A DNA stretch of 64,000 nucleotides from Octopus sinensis. Its lineage: Eukaryota. The stretch is taken from contig NC_042998.1 in assembly GCF_006345805.1 (NCBI RefSeq), positions 10,354,001 to 10,418,000 on the forward strand, read 5' to 3'. The notes under the pieces are model-generated. The model saw only the letters and a list, made by a program, of their open reading frames with translations. It searched no databases and had not been told where the DNA came from. The position numbers and the translations under genes were made by a program. Every line of letters starts with the position of its first letter. The stretch's first letter is position 1. Of the stretch, positions 12,521 through 25,895 are shown piece by piece.

Positions 12521-12705
12521 CAGGTATTGCTAAGCTTTTGACAAAATTTGATGCAAATTCTTTACTCAATTTTCTCTGTCGTGGTCAATGCAACTATCAC
12601 ACGCTACACACCTTCCTTCCAAGCATTGCTGTAAAGAGTGGAAACGTGCTTTAACTTTATTACTATAGCAACAGTTTGGATATTTATTGATCAGACCACG
12701 CATTT

Positions 12706-13284
12706 ATGTATGTATATGTATGTCATTGTTCAGTTTTATTTCAAAATTTCTTGCCAATAGAGAAAGTGCCAATTTCTAACCTAGATCCACTGGAATTTCA
12801 ACTTCAACAACAGGGCATTTTTGTTTGGATGTATGTATGTATGCATGTATACATGCATGTATGTATGTGCAGATTTGTATACTTTATGTATGTGTTCTCA
12901 TATATATAGTTGCATATCTATATGCTCAAATATATTTAAATGATAAACTTCTGGAAAGTTTTACAGATTTTTACAGTTCCAGTGGTGGATTGGATCTGTA
13001 ATCTTAGGCAGTATGCTACATATCTCAGGGCCCCAATAATTACAGGTATAAACCTGAACTTGTAACCTGGATAGAGTTACTGCAGATTTCTCAATAGTTC
13101 AGCATAGGTGTTCTCTTTTTCACTTATCATCAGCTTCATGTTAATATCTGCTGGGCAGCTAATTTCTGCAACTATGAACAATTTCTCTTCTCTGTCCCCA
13201 ATCATTATGTCAGGTCTGGTGTGCTTACATTTTATTGAGGTCTTCACTGGGACATTCCACCAATATTTCTTTTTATTATGAGTG
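12706..13284 (-). mobile_element. 5'-truncated R4/Dong-like copy (EN end plus 3' UTR, (CATA)n tail)
   Basis: Matches 14100-14510; AATAAA precedes the tail on the minus strand. Confidence 0.85.
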
Positions 13285-13436
13285 ACTATGGCTTATGTAT
13301 GTATGTATGTATGTATGTATGTATGTATGTATGTATGTATGTATGTATGTATGTATGTATGTTTGTATGTATGTATGTATGTATGTATGTATGTATGTAT
13401 GTATGTATGTATTTATGTATGTGTGTGTGCAGATTT

Positions 13437-13832
13437 CCTCATTGCCGTCGGGTGGATCGAGTTCTCACCGCCAATCTCCGACTTCGCCTATCCCTGCGGC
13501 CCCTTCCATCTGTCCTTCTGCAACGGTGCTTGCGGTGGTTTGGCCATGCATGCAGGCATCCGGTGGGTGAACTGAGCCGTGATGTCCTTCTCCCAACTCC
13601 ACTTCCCAACATGCGGGCGGGCAGCTGAAGACCTGGGTTACGACGATCAAGGAGGACCTCTCCGTGCTCACGGATCCACAGGTGGCTGGCCTGCGCCGAT
13701 GGAACCATGACTGGCTCGCTATCTCCAGTGAACTGGTGCAGGGCTGCCATGGTTTGAGATGCCTCGAGGGTGCTAGAAGAAGCCGACTCAAGCCACTCAG
13801 GGTGAATGTTGCCACAAGTACAAGTACAAGTA
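13437..13832 (+). mobile_element. 3' fragment of a second RTE-type LINE with (ACAAGT)n tail
   Basis: LQRCLRWFGHACR...GQLKTW; flanked by a 6-bp duplication AGATTT (13431, 13833). Confidence 0.8.
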
Positions 13833-13875
13833 AGATTTGTATGTCTTGTTTTATATCTGTATTCTCATGCATATA

Positions 13876-14097
13876 TATTTCTTTACTACCCACAAGAGGC
13901 TAAACACAGAGGGAACAAACAAGGACAGACAAACGGATCACGTTGACCCCAGTGCATAACTGGTACTTAATTTATCGACCCCAAAAGGATGAAAGGTAAA
14001 GTCGACCTCGGCGGAATTTGAACTCAGAACGTAACGGCAGACGAAATACAGCTATGCATTTCGCCCGGCGTGCTAACGTTTCTGCCAGCTCGCCACC
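13876..14097 (-). mobile_element. tRNA-derived SINE family D (middle resembles the MetaSINE domain, from memory)
   Basis: gaggtcgactttacctttcatccttttggggtcgataaattaagtaccag; exact 14-bp target duplication TTCTCATGCATATA (13862, 14098). Confidence 0.88.
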
Positions 14098-16559
14098 TTC
14101 TCATGCATATAGTTGCATATCTAGACATGCTCATATCTATCTAAATGATAAACTTCTGGAAAGTTTTACAGATCTTTACAACTCCAGTGATAGACTGGAT
14201 CTGTAGTCTTTAAATTAGTTTTCTCCTTTCTGGTTTTGGGAAGCCTAATTTCTCAAGATTGGTATTTAGGCAGTGTATTACATATTCCAGGGCCCCAATA
14301 ATTACAGATATAAACCTGAACTTGTAATCTGGATAGAGTAACTGCAGATTTCTCAGTAGTTCAGCATAGGTATTCGAATTTCCATAACTATACACAGTTT
14401 CTCTTCTCTATCCCAAATCATTATATCAGGTCAGATGTGCTTATATTTTATTGAGGTCTTCATTGGGACGTTCCACCGGTACTTCCTTTTTATTATGAGA
14501 GGCTATGGCTTCTACCATACTCTGGGTTCTTATTTCTTTGTCTTCGGAGTTATCCATCTGATGGATTTCATTATAGAGTATCTTAGCTACAACATTATGT
14601 CGCTTCAGTGGATAATACCATGATGACATTTTCGGACAACTGCTTATGATGTGGGTGATATCTTCAGTGTGAACTCCACAAAATCTGCATTGGTTGTCAC
14701 ATTTTATTGCTTTTCCTGCATCCCTATCCCTTTTGTGCATCAGGTATTTGGTTCCTGGATTGAAAATGCATATCCTTCAAAGTGGGAGGTAATAATCAGG
14801 GTATTGGTCCATGATAGACAGCTTTCTTGATCAATGTTATTATCATCTTGGAACTTTCCACTAACATATCCATGCATAGTCTTCTGCTTATTTAAGCTCA
14901 TCCTTTCATCTGATAATATGTTGTAGTAGAGTCTTTGGGCATTTATCAGAAAAGGGATGTTGCTTAAGGAGCTGTCTACTAAGTCTTATGATGCTATCAG
15001 CTTCATTTATGCAAACTTGGTCAAGGGATGCACTTTGACACTTGGTGGTTAAAAGATGTTGCCAAAGGGATATGATATGACATTCTGCCACCTTTTTGTA
15101 TTCATTTGAGGTGGTCTATGTCACTGTTTATGTAGAAATTGTGTGCTTGTTAGTATTTTTCGGGTTTTCACATCAATGGCTCAGATTTCATCAAGTGTCC
15201 AATAAAGCAGCGCAAATGTTGGTATGAGTACTGGCACGGCAAACACATTGTGAGTCACTGTTTTATTGAATGTAGAGAATACTGAGGTCCAAATTTTCTT
15301 TATTTCGCTGTAATATTCTTTAGTGATGTATGCCTTGTTACAGATGCTATTGTAAGGTATATCATCACTCACCCCAAGCTATCTGTAACATTCCTCATCA
15401 GATATAGGAGAAACATTCAAATCATTGATGGAGATTTATTAGTTTGATCTATAGTTTTCCCCCTTTTCACAACCATATAACATTTATCCTGGCCAAACTC
15501 CAGCCCTACATCCTTTGAGAATGTTGCAACTAGGTCAAGGCTCTTTTTCATCTCATGCATATTTTTTGCATAAAGTTTCAAGTCATCCACAAATAAACAG
15601 TGTGTAATTTTAGTATTTCTGTTTCCTTGTGAACCAGTGAGATATCCTTGAGACCTTCTTAACATGAATGACAAGGGGTTTACAGAAAGTATAAACAACA
15701 TCACAGAGAGGTTGTTCCCATGAAATATACCTTTGCAATACTGTATTCAATCAGTGGTAATACAGTCACTCTTTGTGTTTAATTTCAAAATGGTGGTCCA
15801 CGATAAAGTCAGGTCAATTATGGTTTTGACTATGTTCACTGGAACTTTAGCAAGTTGAAGGGTTTCTAGAATCCATGAGTGGGAATAGAGTCAAAGGCTC
15901 TCTTGTAGTCTAGCCACATTGAGACTAGGTTCTTCCTATACTCTTGCATCTCTGACATCACAGTTTTGTTGATTAACAATTTCTTGGTACATACCCGGAC
16001 TCCCTTCCTCCCAACTGTTTGTTCTGCTGTGATTATGTTATTGGTTTCACAATGGCCCATGAGGAAGTGTTTTAAGCATGCTGTATATATCTTATACATT
16101 TAGCTCTGGCATGCAATTGGTCAGTAGTTTTTGCATGTGGCCGGTTCTATATTTGGGGATCAATTTTGTCTTTGTCAGAGCTAACCAGTGTGGTATGCTA
16201 CAGTTCCCATTGAGAGCTTGCTGGTACAGATTGATAAGATATAGTTGGTAGAAAGTTAGCTTCTTGTACCAATATCCAACAATCAAGTTTCTTCCTGGTG
16301 CTTTTCCATCCTAGAGTTTCTGGATCACAGTTGCAAGATTTTCACTATCAATGTTGTATGTCTTGGATGTAATGCAGGAGTAATAACTTTTTCGGATTTC
16401 TTCCCGCCACAGAGTATCTTGGTTAAACTCCTTTTCTTCACTCCAGATTTTCCCCCAGAAGGAGTCTATGTCTTCTCATAAAGGATCTTCCGTGATAATT
16501 ACTGCTCCTCCTCTCATGTCTCTGTATACTGCTGCCTGGTTTCAGTTAAATATTTTGGC

Positions 16560-16812
16560 TTCCGTGCCAGTGGCATGTAAAATGCACCAATCCGACCGTG
16601 GCCGTTGCCAGCCTCGCCTGGCACCTGTGCAGGTGGCACGTAAAAAGCACCCACTACATTCACGGAGTGGTTGGCGTTAGGAAGGGCATCCAGCTGTAGA
16701 AACATTGCCAGATAAGATTGGAGCCTGGTGCAGCCCCTGGCTTCCCAGACCCCGATCGAACCGTCCAACCCATGCTAGCATGGAGAACGGACGTTAAACG
16801 ATGATGATGATG
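16560..16812 (+). mobile_element. RTE 3' UTR/tail fragment inserted in the Dong-like LINE
   Basis: Same tail, ending cggacgttaaacgatgatgatgatg. Confidence 0.85.
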
Positions 16813-17303
16813 TTCTCTTGGTTCTTCTCTTCTGATGTTGGAGTTTTCCACTGACAGCTTTTAGCTCCTGCTTGAGGGCAATCAGTTTGCAAGGGAGTGT
16901 TCTCTTTTTGCTGTCTCCAAACATCACTCCTATCTCCTTCTTTACTTTCTGTTGGTGGGACGTATAGGGATTTGCTTGTTTTCACACTATAACCATCATT
17001 AAATGACTGAAGGTCTTCCGTAAACCAGCTATCTTTTTCTCTGTCTTCAAAATCCACGATGTGTATGTATGTATACACACACACAGACAGACACACACAC
17101 ACAACCATCCAAAAGTCACTGATGAAGTCCAATTGGACTGAGCGGTGCCTGGAGAGGTTTTGTCGTTGACAAAGATCAGCCTTTGCATTCCGATTTTATG
17201 TAAATACGAATCCTGCAGTTGCCTCCCTTGAATTTGTTAAACAGAATTAATCATTCACATAAAATTTGAAAGAACTGATTGAACAATGGTATAATAATAC
17301 AAT

Positions 17304-17664
17304 TATAATAATAATAAAACATTGTGTACAGTGCTCAGGTGCACTACAACTCATCTAAAGTGTATGTATAGTACATAGGGGTAATGTACAAGCGTCAGGA
17401 AAAGAACAGTGCATGAGTCATGACATACACATATGTGTATGAGTATGGAAGGGGGACAATCAGGTGTAGTTTCGGCGGATTTCGGAAAGCATGAGGGCCT
17501 TAAAGGATGCAGTGTCATGGCAGTCAACAACTGACGCAGGCAGTTTGTTCCATGCTTCAGCAACTCTGAGCGTGAAAAAATGTTTCCGAAAGTCATGGGA
17601 GCTGTGCTGTTTTCTCACTTTGTAGTCATGTCCACGTGTGTTGGACACATGGGGATCAAAAAGT
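17304..17664 (-). mobile_element. CR1-type LINE 3' fragment (subfamily A), (ATT)n tail
   Basis: RGHDYKVRKQHSSHDFRKHFFTLRVAEAWNKLP. Confidence 0.9.
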
Positions 17665-18006
17665 ATGAATTTAGATAAATAATTTAAGAGGTAAGGTATT
17701 ATACTAAATGATATATGTACAAATAATTAGATGAATAAATAGATAAATAAATAAATAAAGAATGAATGAATGACGGAATGGAAAAGTTCTCTGTTAATCT
17801 AAATTTCTCTTTTATTCAAGATAAAAAGTAACATTAAATTTTGGTGACACTCACACAAGATGGGAGATATTTGAGGAAATTAAGAATTTATTTTCACAAA
17901 ATTAATTTACATGGTTGGGAGAAAATGTAATATTTGTCGTTTTGTCATCATTATGAGTATAGCTTTAATTTCATTACATTATTAAAATTTATTAGAAATT
18001 GCTCAC

Positions 18007-18012
18007 TTACAC

Positions 18013-18068
<56 letters not shown>

Positions 18069-18608
18069 CACATACGCACACACAACACACATACGCACAC
18101 AACGCATACACACACAACACATACACACACACAACACACATACGCACACACAATACATACACACACAACACATACACACATACACACACACAACACATAC
18201 ACACACACAACACACAACGCATGCACACACACAACACATACACACACACAACACACATACACACACACAACGAATACACACACACAACACATACACACAC
18301 ACACAACACACATACAACACATACACGCACACACAACACACATACACATACAACGCATACACACACACAACACATACACACACATACACACACAACGCAT
18401 ACACACACACAACACATACACACACACACACAGCACATACACAGACACACACACACACAACACACATACAACACATACACACACACACAACACACATACA
18501 CATACAACGCATACACACACACAACACATACACACACATACACACACAACGCATACACACACACAACACATACACACACACACACAACACATACACACAC
18601 ACACACGC
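18007..18608. repeat. Compound CA-rich repeat (ACACACAACACATAC-like units)
   Basis: 600 bp almost entirely A/C/T; source of spurious HT/CV ORFs. Confidence 0.95.
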
Positions 18609-18826
18609 CAAGTCAAGTGAAATCGTAGTTGTGTTCGATGCTAGGGTCACATAACTGACACCTGTGACAGTGGCATGTCAAAAGCACCCATTACATTCTT
18701 GGAGTGGTTGGCATTAGGAAGGGTATCCAGCTGTAGAAACCATACCAAATCAGATTTGAACCTAGTGCAGCTCTCCAGCTTACCAACTGCAGTCAAACAG
18801 TCTAACCCATGCCGGTATGATGATGA
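18606..18826 (+). mobile_element. Diverged RTE 3' UTR/tail fragment
   Basis: ggagtggttggcattaggaagggtatccagctgtagaaac...atgatgatgat. Confidence 0.7.
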
Positions 18827-18876
<50 letters not shown>

Positions 18877-19042
18877 AGACACACACACACACAGACATGC
18901 ATACACACACACACACATATGCATACATACACACGCACACACACACATATGCATACATACACACGCACACACACAGACATGCACACACACACACACATAC
19001 ATACACACACACACAGACATGCATACACACACACACAGACAT

Positions 19043-19077
<35 letters not shown>

Positions 19078-19296
19078 ACAATACAATAGCATAGATTCAT
19101 TCCAGCTGATTTTACAATCAGTCTCACATGTGAGACAGGGAAATCCCAAATATCCCTGTGCTCATCAGAATTGGTCGAGAAGAAATTCTTTCCATATCAG
19201 TCCTTACTTTACATACTAGCTCTTCTGATGACCATCAGGCTTAAGTTTTCCCCCCCAACTACTGTGTGAAACCATTTGGTCAGAACTGGCTGAAAT

Positions 19297-19686
19297 GGGA
19301 AGCACTCCGTCGGTTACGACGACGAGGGTTCCGGTTGATCCGAATCAACGGAACAGCCCGCTCGTGAAATTAACGTGTAAGTGGCTGAGCACTCCACAGA
19401 CACGTGTACCCTTAACGTAGTTCTCAGGGATATTCAGCGTGACACAGAGAGTGACAAGGCCGGCCCCTTGAAATACAAGTACAACAGAAACAGGAAGTAA
19501 AAGTGGAGTGAGAGAAAGTTGAGGCGAAAGAGTACAACAGGGGTCGCCACCACCCCCTGCCGGAGCCTCGTGGAGCTATGGGTGTTTTCGCTCAATAAAC
19601 ATACACAACGCCCGGTCTGGGGATCGAAACCGCGATCCTCCGACCGCGAGTCCGCTGCCCTAACCACTGGGCCATTGCGCTTCCAC
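19297..19686 (-). mobile_element. tRNA-derived SINE family B
   Basis: Head gtgga.gcgcaatggcccagtggttagggcagcggactcgcggtc...gtttcgatccc with A and B boxes. Confidence 0.88.
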
Positions 19687-19884
19687 ATTAACTGGCTGAA
19701 ATAATGCTGTGTTGTATAAATATTAACATATCCACTCCGTTGTCAAATATACAAGTGCCTGTTTTTCTCTGACTTACGGATTTTTAGATGACTACATGTA
19801 TGGTTAAATAGAAATGAAATAGACAGTGTCTGAAGGCCTTCTATGACTGATGAAATCAATACAATTGATTTTTATATAATATAA

Positions 19885-20268
19885 CTAGCAGTATTGCCCG
19901 GCGTTGCTCGGGTTTGTAAGGGAAATAACTATATAAGCATTTTTAGAGATGTAAAGTATAATAGCCATCCCAATATGGCTAACCACAAGGGGGTGTGTTA
20001 CTGTAGCTTTTTACGTTCTGAGATTTAATAATAAACTTTTAGAGAGTTACTTCCCTTATATATGCCAAAAATGCATTAAAAATGGGAAAAATTGATGGTA
20101 AATTTTTTAAAAAATCGTAGACATGCACTAGTACCCAGAAGGGCTCGATATGAATCATGACTATAAGATACCCTGTTTTGGTTAAACTGCATCGCAAAAT
20201 GTGGGAGTAGTTAGGAATCTAAATCGTAGGAAACAGACAGCACACAACCTCACTTTTATATATAAAGA
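19885..20268 (-). mobile_element. Non-autonomous Helitron
   Basis: A|TC 5' end, subterminal hairpin, CTAG|T 3' end. Confidence 0.88.
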
Positions 20269-20464
20269 TTTCTAAACTTTTGAAAGTGAAGCATTCATGG
20301 CCAGAATATTCCACAGGTTTGTCATTTCTGGAAGTTATGAAAGTAAGTGGCTACTGTGAGATGCGGATGGCAAGATACAGCAAGAAAAACTAGAGGAAAG
20401 AAAACGGTGTTGGTTGGGCTGGAATGATGGTGATACACAAAAGAATGGAAGTCTTGGTGGTATT

Positions 20465-20962
20465 GAGAATACCCTCCATCAGGCATTTGCCATATTCTGA
20501 ACGCCTTACTTCCCTGGCCACGGATACATTGAAACTCCGACGTCTGGCAGCTGACTTGCCAGACACCCATAAAATTATTAACCATCTTACAAACAATAAC
20601 TCTGAGCACCTTTTCAAACTCCACCTGTCTAACACCTGTGGACATGTTTACAAAGTCAGCTCCCATGACTTTCGGAAACATTTTTTCACGCTAAGAGTTG
20701 CTGAAGTATGGAACAAACTGCCAGCATCAGTTGTTAGTTGTCGGAGCACTGCATCCTTCAAAACTTCCATGCTTCCTGAGATTCGCCAACACTACACCTG
20801 ATTTTCTCCCCACTGTACACACGCAAGCATGTATCTGACTCATATATTGTTCACTTTCCAAATATTTGTACATTACTGCATATGCTTTATACACACTTTT
20901 GACAAGTTGTGGTGCACCTGAGCACTGTATACAATAATTTCATTATTATTTTTATTATTATA
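20465..20962 (+). mobile_element. CR1-type LINE 3' fragment (subfamily B)
   Basis: RIPSIRHLPYSERL...FFTLRVAEVWNKLP; different 3' UTR, (TTA)n tail. Confidence 0.88.
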
Positions 20963-21516
20963 TTGATAGAACAGGTGGAAAACTTGTTGACTGCTTTATG
21001 AAATTACTTTTGAATTTGGTTTACAAGATTCAGGCTGACTAAATTTTGTTGAGTCTTGGCAAAGTCATTATGTCAATAATAAACACATGCACTGTTTCTG
21101 TTTCATTTCTTTTATTATTATTACTCTATTATTTAACGTTTAACTAGTTAACTAATGGATAGCTTAATTAATCAAATCATCAATTAGTTAATTATCAAAC
21201 TGAGTAATAATGATAAAATAAGTGACATAGAAACAGTGCCTGTGCTTATTAGTGGCATTATGACCCACCCAAGATACATCAATTAAAAATTTTTGAAACA
21301 GATTAAATGTTTAAATACTTGAGACTCAGTATTCATAAGGTTGTCATTTTTTTGAATTATTAATATTTTTTAAAATATTCTCTTTCCTGCACACTGAATT
21401 TGAGAACAAACTGTTTCAGTTTCCATTTTCTCTTATTTCCTAATTTTTTTTTACTTATTTTGTAATCCTTGACTTTTAAATTTTTAATATTTGATAAGAT
21501 GAACATACACATTCAA

Positions 21517-21920
21517 ACTCTTTACTTGTTTCAGTCATTTGACCACGGCCAAGCTGGAGCGCCGCCTTTAATCGAGCAACTCGACCCCGGGACTTATTCT
21601 TTTTGTAAGCCCAGTACTTATTCTATCGGTCTCTTTTGCCAAACCGCTAAGTGATGGGGACATAAACACACCAGCATCGGTTGTCAAGCAATGCTAGGGG
21701 GACAAGCACAGACACACAAACATACACACACACACATATATATACATACATATATACGACGGGCTTCTTTCAGTTTCCGTCTACCAAATCCACTCACAAG
21801 GGCTTTGGTCGAACCGAGGCTATAGTAGAAGACACTTGCCCAAGGTGCCACGCAGTGGGACTGAACCCGGAACCATGTGGTTGGTAAACAAACCACTTAC
21901 CACACAGCCACTCCTGCGCC
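21517..21920 (-). mobile_element. SINE family A
   Basis: Full-length match to the other copies. Confidence 0.9.
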
Positions 21921-22278
21921 TAAACTGGTAATATTTTGTAAACGTCATGTAATGTAATAAATATAAAAAATACTCATCCTGCCCGATTAAAAAAAGGGAG
22001 AAAGAAAATACAAACCCTTTAAACATACTTCTGTGCTACGTTATTTACATTATTTACATTCGATGGATATTTGTCCTCATCTTGTATATTGCTAACACAA
22101 CGTTTCAGCTGATTAACTCTCCAGCCTTCTTCAGGTGTCTTGGAGAAATTTCGAACCTGGGTACTCATTCCTAAATATAGACCTGTATACTTCTGTGCTG
22201 TTTCCACTTATATTCTTTCCTTACAACATTAGATTTGTATGGATTCTGAATCCCTTTTCAACTATATATATATATACA

Positions 22279-22568
22279 CTAGCAGTATCGTCCGGCGTTG
22301 CTCGGGTTTGTAAGGGAAATAACTATATAAGCATTTTTAGAGAGTTATAGCCAAAAAATAGCAAAAAAATGCATTAAAATGGAAAAACATGATGGTAATT
22401 TTTTTTTAAATCGTAGACTCATCGTAGACGCGCGCTAATACCCAGAAGGGCTCGATATGAATCATGACTGTAAGATACCGGTTTTGGTTAAACTGCACCG
22501 CAAAATGTGGGAGTAGTTAGGAATCTAAATCGTAGGAGACAGACACACAACCTTACTTTTATATATAA

Positions 22569-22571
<3 letters not shown>
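22279..22571 (-). mobile_element. Non-autonomous Helitron (shorter variant)
   Basis: A|TC ... CTAG|T termini. Confidence 0.88.
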
Positions 22572-22662
<91 letters not shown>

Positions 22663-22917
22663 CTCTTTCTATAGACTACTTCTGATGTTATATCATATCA
22701 CTTTTTTTTCAGACATATTAATAGTGTTCAGTAAATCACTATACACATCCATCATTTTCTGTTAAAATGTCTTATTGACGAGTTTCATTTCTTCACTTCC
22801 TTGAAGAGAAAATTACATTGTTTTATGCCAATTTATTCCTTTGGAATAATATCAGTGATATCTTCGAAACATGTGTTTGGAAATAAAAGTATTTGAATTA
22901 TACCTGCATTAAACTCC

Positions 22918-22989
<72 letters not shown>

Positions 22990-22993
<4 letters not shown>

Positions 22994-24320
22994 GGATGTG
23001 GGGAATAAATTGTCGTCTAAATTATGCAAAAATGAAAATAACACTGACATCTCATTTTTACAGATTTATTTACCAAAATTACAGAAAAATATCTGGAAAT
23101 ATTAAAGAGTTAATTTATACAATAAAATCGCCATTGGCTTCAACTACGGCCTCCAAACGACTTCAGAATCTCCTGCAACTCTTCTGGACGGTCTCCTTGT
23201 TTAAGTTGGTGAATGCTGCCATAATCCTTGCCTTCATTTCATCTTTGGTGTTACAAGGAGTTGGTCTCTTACTCAACTGAATTCCTCACATGATAATCAA
23301 GGGGGTTGGAGTCTGGAGAATTAGGTGGCCGGGTGTTAGGGGTGGTGTGGTCGCAGAAATTGTCTGACAGTCATGACTGGGTTTTCCTACGTGTGTGGCA
23401 TGGTGCAGAGTCCTATTTCCAGACATAGGGTCTTCCAGAAGCCACCCTCTTGACCCAGGACAGCACTACCTCCTCCAGGCACTTGATGTAGGCCTCTGTG
23501 TTGAGTCTGAGGCCGTGTGGGAAGATGAATGGTGGTCGAAAGAGTCCAGAAGCTGGCTACCCGCATGGTTCTTGGTCTCAAGAATTTGTCTTATGAAGAA
23601 AGGCTGAAGACGCTCGACCTTTATTCTCTAGAAAAACGACGACGCCGTGGTGATCTCATTCTTGCTCACAACATCATAAGCGGAAAGTGTAACCTCTTGA
23701 AAGAGCTGTTCTTCACTCCTGCTCCAGAGCGTCGGCTGCGGGGTCATTCCGAAGAGCTCTATCTGCGACGATTTCATCTCAATCGAAGGAGAAGGGCTTT
23801 CTCCGACAGGGTTGCGGATCCGTGGAATAAGCTGCCAGACAAGATAGTGAAGATGCCGACGACTGCTCGGTTCAAGTGGCCTGAACTCTTTACATGAACA
23901 CCACCCTGTACATAACTCCATGTCCCACTACATGGCCTTGCTTTTTGCTGTTTGAGCCAAAAATTAACTAACTAACTAACTAACTAACATAACGTCGCCG
24001 TCACTCCAAACACTATGATGTTGACTGGATGTTTGATTTTTATCACTCTCGGTACATGTCTTGGGGACACAGCAAGCCAACGTTTGTTCTGTGTATTCAC
24101 CATCTGATTCTGGATGAAATTTTTCTCGTCTGAAGTAAACCAAAGCAAGTTCGGTTGGAGGGGATACTTGAGTTTGTTCAGAAGCTTCAAAGCGCAGTCT
24201 TTCCTCTTGTCCTTGATGGCTTGGGATATAAATTGGCCCTTTCCCTGAGGAATACCGAATGTCATCATGCACTACCTGCCTGGTAAGTAACTCAGACACT
24301 CACATCTCTCTGGCTATATT
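22990..24320 (-). mobile_element. Tc1/mariner DD37D (maT-type) transposase pseudogene
   Basis: FTSDEKNF ... W.*DSAPCH-(37 residues)-SPDSNPLDY; split cleanly by CR1 between VM and PPFIFPHG. Confidence 0.88.
23536..23987 (+). mobile_element. CR1-type LINE 3' fragment (subfamily C), (TAAC)n tail, nested in a DD37D transposon
   Basis: VERVQKLATRMV.GLKNLSYEERL..LDLYSLEKRR.RGDLI. Confidence 0.9.
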
Positions 24321-24700
24321 TGGCATTACTAACTGACTACTCTAAAAATATACTTTAGGAGTTATTTCCCTTGAAGATACATACGTTCATTTAATTTGAG
24401 TATGCATGTGACTCTCTCTGCCCGCTCTCTCTGTGTATATACATACATACATACATACATACATATGTATATATACATGTATGTATGTATGTATGTATGT
24501 ATGTATGTATGCATGTATGTATGTATGTATGTATGTATGCATGTATGTATATTTATATATATGTATATATTTATATATATTTATATATATATGTATTTAA
24601 ATTATATATGTAAATTATATATGTGTGTGTATATATGTGTGCATATATATATGTGTATGTATGTATATATATATGTGTGTGTGTGTGTTTCTCTGCGTAT

Positions 24701-24759
24701 ATTCCACTGATGAGGCAAAGCATTTCTAAATGCAAAGCCAGAAATCCGGGACCTGGAAT
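24701..24759 (+). ncRNA. Degenerate type I hammerhead ribozyme
   Basis: AUUCCA-CUGAUGA-GGC..GCAUUUcuAAAUGC..GCC-a-GAAA-UC cgg GA-CC-UGGAAU; perfect 6-bp stem I, U16.1 to C change, one extra A. Confidence 0.6.
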
Positions 24760-24825
24760 TATCCAGTAATTTTTTACTAGTTTTATTTTGTCTTTTTGTC
24801 TTCTCTCCTTGTGCTATATGAACAC

Positions 24826-24827
<2 letters not shown>

Positions 24828-24892
<65 letters not shown>

Positions 24893-25601
24893 TAATAAAA
24901 CATTGTGTACAGTGCTCAAGTGCCCTACAACTCATCTAAAGTGTATGTATAGTACATAGGGGTAATGTACAAGCGTCAGGAAAAGAACAGTGCATGAGTC
25001 ATGACATACACATATGTGTATGAGTATGGAAGGGGGATGATCAGGTGTAGTTTCGGCGGATTTCGGAAAGCATGAGGGCCTTAAAGGATGCAGTGCCATG
25101 GCAGTCAACAACTGACGCAGGCAGTTTATTCCATGCTTCAGCAACTCTGAGCGTGAAAAAATGTTTCCGAAAGTCATGGGAGCTGTGCTGTTTTCTGACT
25201 TTGTAGGCATGTGCACGTGTGTTGGACACATGGAGATCAAAAAGGTGTTCAGTGTTGTTGTTGGTGAGGTGGTTGATAACTTTGTGGGTGGTTACCAAGT
25301 CCGTCGCCAAACGCCGGAGCTTCAGTGAATCCATGCCCAGGGAAACAAGGCGCTCAGAGTATGGTGGGTGTCTGATGGAGGGTATGCGTTTGGTTGCACG
25401 TCTCTGAACAGATTCCAGGAGGTCAATGTTCTGAGCAAGATAGGGGTTCCAAACTGATGATGCGAATTCCAAATGTGGTCGTACCATAGCTGTATACAGC
25501 TTTAAATAGATGGCTGGAGAGCGGCTAACAAAAGTCTTGCTGAGTGATACCAAGACACCCTCGGCCTTCTTGACAATTTTAGAGATATGCTTTGTCCAAC
25601 G
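24828..25601 (-). mobile_element. CR1-type LINE 3' fragment (subfamily A)
   Basis: LYTAMVRPHLEFASSVWNPY...LESVQRRATK; long (AAT)n tail. Confidence 0.92.
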
Positions 25602-25685
25602 AAATCAAATCATGTGGTCTTAGAGGCAGATCCTGACTGCTATTTTCAGCATGGCGTATCTCGTAGATACCATAAGTTATAATAA

Positions 25686-25753
<68 letters not shown>

Positions 25754-25797
25754 GTATGTAGTGTATGTATGTATGTATGTATGTATGTATGTTGATG

Positions 25798-25830
<33 letters not shown>

Positions 25831-25836
25831 CACAAT

Positions 25837-25873
<37 letters not shown>

Positions 25874-25895
25874 TGTGTGTGTGTGTGTGTGTGTG

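Larger units (their letters stand above)
13285..17060 (-). mobile_element. R4/Dong-like LINE (RT, CCHC knuckle, restriction-like endonuclease), degenerate and interrupted
   Basis: WLDYKRAFDS, LFVDDLKLY, CRFCG..TEDITHIISSC, PDIMIWD-like EN segment; interrupted by an RTE fragment, a SINE and an RTE tail. Confidence 0.85.

Noticed and set aside
17119-17143. CTGATGA-AGTCC aatt GGACT half hammerhead
   Set aside because: Followed by GAGC rather than GAAA, and no stem I or III.
19110-19175. Minus-strand CTGATGA with long hairpin and adjacent 16-bp palindrome
   Set aside because: No GAAA segment; cannot be folded as a hammerhead.
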